Of a DNA stretch of 64,000 nucleotides, positions 61,944 through 64,000 are shown one piece after another. Origin of the DNA: Candidatus Buchananbacteria bacterium (GTDB lineage: Bacteria; Patescibacteriota; Patescibacteriia; 2-01-FULL-39-33; JBAYJR01); contig JBAYJR010000008.1 in NCBI GenBank assembly GCA_041665005.1, positions 1,423-65,422 of the forward strand, in the 5' to 3' direction. The translations under genes were made by a program, and so were the position numbers. How positions within the stretch are numbered: position 1 is the first letter of the stretch; each line of letters opens with the position of its first letter. The notes beneath the pieces were generated by a model. It saw nothing but the letters and a program-made list of their open reading frames with translations. It was not told the origin of the DNA and did not search any database.

Positions 61944-62831
61944 TTATACTAAATTATACTTCTTAATATTCTCGTCAGCAATTTGCTGTAATTTAGCAAT
62001 CACCTGCTGCCCCGCTTCATCTTTAAAAAGATGAGCAAAGCGTTTTTGCGGTTTCAAATATTCCGTCACTGGCACCGGTTTAATTTTTTGGACTTTAGTA
62101 AACTGACCGTTAATAATTTCTAGCAACGGATATAAACCGGATTGCACGGCTAATTTAGACAATTCTACCGTCAAAGCTGGATCATAGCCCCAACCTGGCA
62201 CGCAAGGCGTTAAAATTTGTAAATACTTAGGGCCAACTATTTCTAAAGATTTTTTAGCTTTCGCTTGAATATCTAACGGGTAAGCTGAGGTGGCTGTGGC
62301 AATATACGGCACGCGATGAGCCAAGGCCAAACCAATCATATCTTTTTTAATTAAATTATTACCTTCTGAATTTTTACCGGGTGGCGTAGTAGTAGTAAAC
62401 GCGCCCAACGGTGTGGCTCCTGAACTTTGATAACCAGTGTTCATATAGGCCTCATTGTCATAACAAACATACAAAATATTTTCTTGCCGTTCCCATAAAG
62501 CCGAAATAAAACCCAGACCAATATCATAAGTGGCACCATCTCCACCAACAGCTACCACTTGAACCTTTGTTAAACCTTTTTGCTTAAGCGCCGCCAAAAC
62601 ACCCGAAGCCACTGGCGCCGCATTTTCAAATAAAGAATGTAGCCAAGGAATTTTGTAAGCCGACAAGGGATATTGCGTGGTAGTTACCTCCGAACAACCG
62701 GTGGCGTTAGTCATGATCGTATTAGGACCTAACGCAGTTAGTAAGTGTCTAATCGCGATGGCTTCACCGCAACCCGCGCAAGCCGAATGACCAGGATTAT
62801 ATAAATGAGGAAAAGTTGATTGGTATTTCAT
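61944..62831 (-). CDS. porB: Pyruvate:ferredoxin oxidoreductase beta subunit
   Basis: CAGCG, ATGC, GGDG...DNEAYMNTG TPP motif. Confidence 0.93.
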   Translation of the reverse strand: MKYQSTFPHLYNPGHSACAGCGEAIAIRHLLTALGPNTIMTNATGCSEVTTTQYPLSAYKIPWLHSLFENAAPVASGVLAALKQKGLTKVQVVAVGGDGATYDIGLGFISALWERQENILYVCYDNEAYMNTGYQSSGATPLGAFTTTTPPGKNSEGNNLIKKDMIGLALAHRVPYIATATSAYPLDIQAKAKKSLEIVGPKYLQILTPCVPGWGYDPALTVELSKLAVQSGLYPLLEIINGQFTKVQKIKPVPVTEYLKPQKRFAHLFKDEAGQQVIAKLQQIADENIKKYNLV

Positions 62832-62890
62832 AGATAAAATTAAAATTCAAAAATCAAAATGTAAAATAAAAATTTAAAATTATACTACCT

Positions 62891-64000
62891 TTATCCAACA
62901 AAAGTTACGGCCGTGGTTGTGGCCTTTGGTGCCAATTTAATAATTTTTTTAATGGTTTCTTTAGTCACATCACGACCACCTAAACCGACGACAAAACTAC
63001 TAATCGGCGCTTTAAGTTTTTGCCCGGCATGAGCCTTAAGGTCAGTGGCTAAAATTCCTTGACCACCCAAAGAAATATCTTTTTCCACAACGGCAATAAT
63101 TTTAGCCTTAGCTAAAGCTTTAATAATTAATTCTGTAGGAAAGGGGCGATAAGTGATAATTTTTAAAATTCCCACTTTAACTCCTTTGGCCCGTAATTCA
63201 TCCACCACCTCACGCATCGTGCCGATTACTGAACCAAAAGACACTAACACAATTTGCGCATCGGCTAATTTATAACCATCAATCAAAGTATTACCCGCGC
63301 GACCAAAAACTTTTTTAAACTCCCGGCCAACTTGTAAGGTATTTTTTTGTGACTTAATTAAATCCTCATGCAATTCCTGTCGAATCTCAAAATAATCAGC
63401 CGGGCCAACTAGCGGCCCAAAAGTCTGCGGTTTTTGGGGATTCAAAAACTCAACCGGTCGGTAGGCGGGCAAAAATCTTTTAATTTTAGCGGCCTCGGGA
63501 ATATCCACTTCTTCCGTCAAATGAGTCAGCACAAAACCATCTAAATTAACTATCACCGGCAATTGGGTGCTTTCCGCTACTTTAAAAGCTTGCACGTGCA
63601 AATCACAAGCCTCCTGATTATTTTCCGCATACCAAAATTGCCAACCGGCGTCGCGAACTGTTAAAGAATCCTGTTGATCATTCCAAATGTTAATCGGCGC
63701 CGAAACCGAACGATTAGCACAAGTCATTACCACCGGCAACCGCATCCCAGCAATATTAAACAAAACTTCGGTCATCAATAACAAGCCCTGTGAAGAAGTG
63801 GCGGTGTAAGTGCGCACTCCGGTAGCCGCTGCCCCTAAAACAATTGAGGCCGCCGAAAATTCTGACTCGGCTCTAATATATTCCGCCGTTAACTTTCCGG
63901 CGGATTTTAATTTGGCTAATTCCTCCACCACGTGAGTTTGCGGGGTAATCGGATAAGCCGAAATTACCTGGGGCTGACAATTCGCCACCGTTTGCGCCAC
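62891..64000 (-). CDS. porA: Pyruvate:ferredoxin oxidoreductase alpha subunit (5' end probably off window)
   Basis: AYPITPQT, ESEF, TATSSQG, GLGGRD. Confidence 0.92.
   Translation of the reverse strand: MAQTVANCQPQVISAYPITPQTHVVEELAKLKSAGKLTAEYIRAESEFSAASIVLGAAATGVRTYTATSSQGLLLMTEVLFNIAGMRLPVVMTCANRSVSAPINIWNDQQDSLTVRDAGWQFWYAENNQEACDLHVQAFKVAESTQLPVIVNLDGFVLTHLTEEVDIPEAAKIKRFLPAYRPVEFLNPQKPQTFGPLVGPADYFEIRQELHEDLIKSQKNTLQVGREFKKVFGRAGNTLIDGYKLADAQIVLVSFGSVIGTMREVVDELRAKGVKVGILKIITYRPFPTELIIKALAKAKIIAVVEKDISLGGQGILATDLKAHAGQKLKAPISSFVVGLGGRDVTKETIKKIIKLAPKATTTAVTFVG

Overview
AT-rich chromosomal window. Gene content points to a Patescibacteria/CPR bacterium (Parcubacteria/ABY1-like; inference), using the standard genetic code. 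Housekeeping genes: gatCA, ligA, lemA-htpX-clpC, radA, recG, rsmA, tsaC/sua5, femAB-like, leuS, uvrA, porAB. Surface systems: a type IV pilus cluster (pilM, pilN-like, degenerate PilB-like ATPase, response regulator, pilin, O-antigen-ligase/TPR, pilD), a DsbA plus VirB2-like pilin-fusion cluster, and a ~19 kb T4SS-like operon (2862-aa Cys-rich giant protein, VirB6-like, PrgI, VirB4) ending in comF. The most unusual region is a tRNA-Ser array (28.1-29.3 kb). Small GIY-YIG nuclease genes sit between duplicated tRNA 5' segments, and each upstream copy is interrupted by the same 30-bp twin hairpin. The array includes a tRNA-Ser with the rare ACT anticodon, and a tRNA-Arg(GCG) lies nearby. Also notable: an unannotated structured small transcript (52.9-53.1 kb), a LeuRS with two inserted enzyme domains, and REP/RPE-like sequence inside genes. 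Product calls come from motif recognition by eye; no searches were run.
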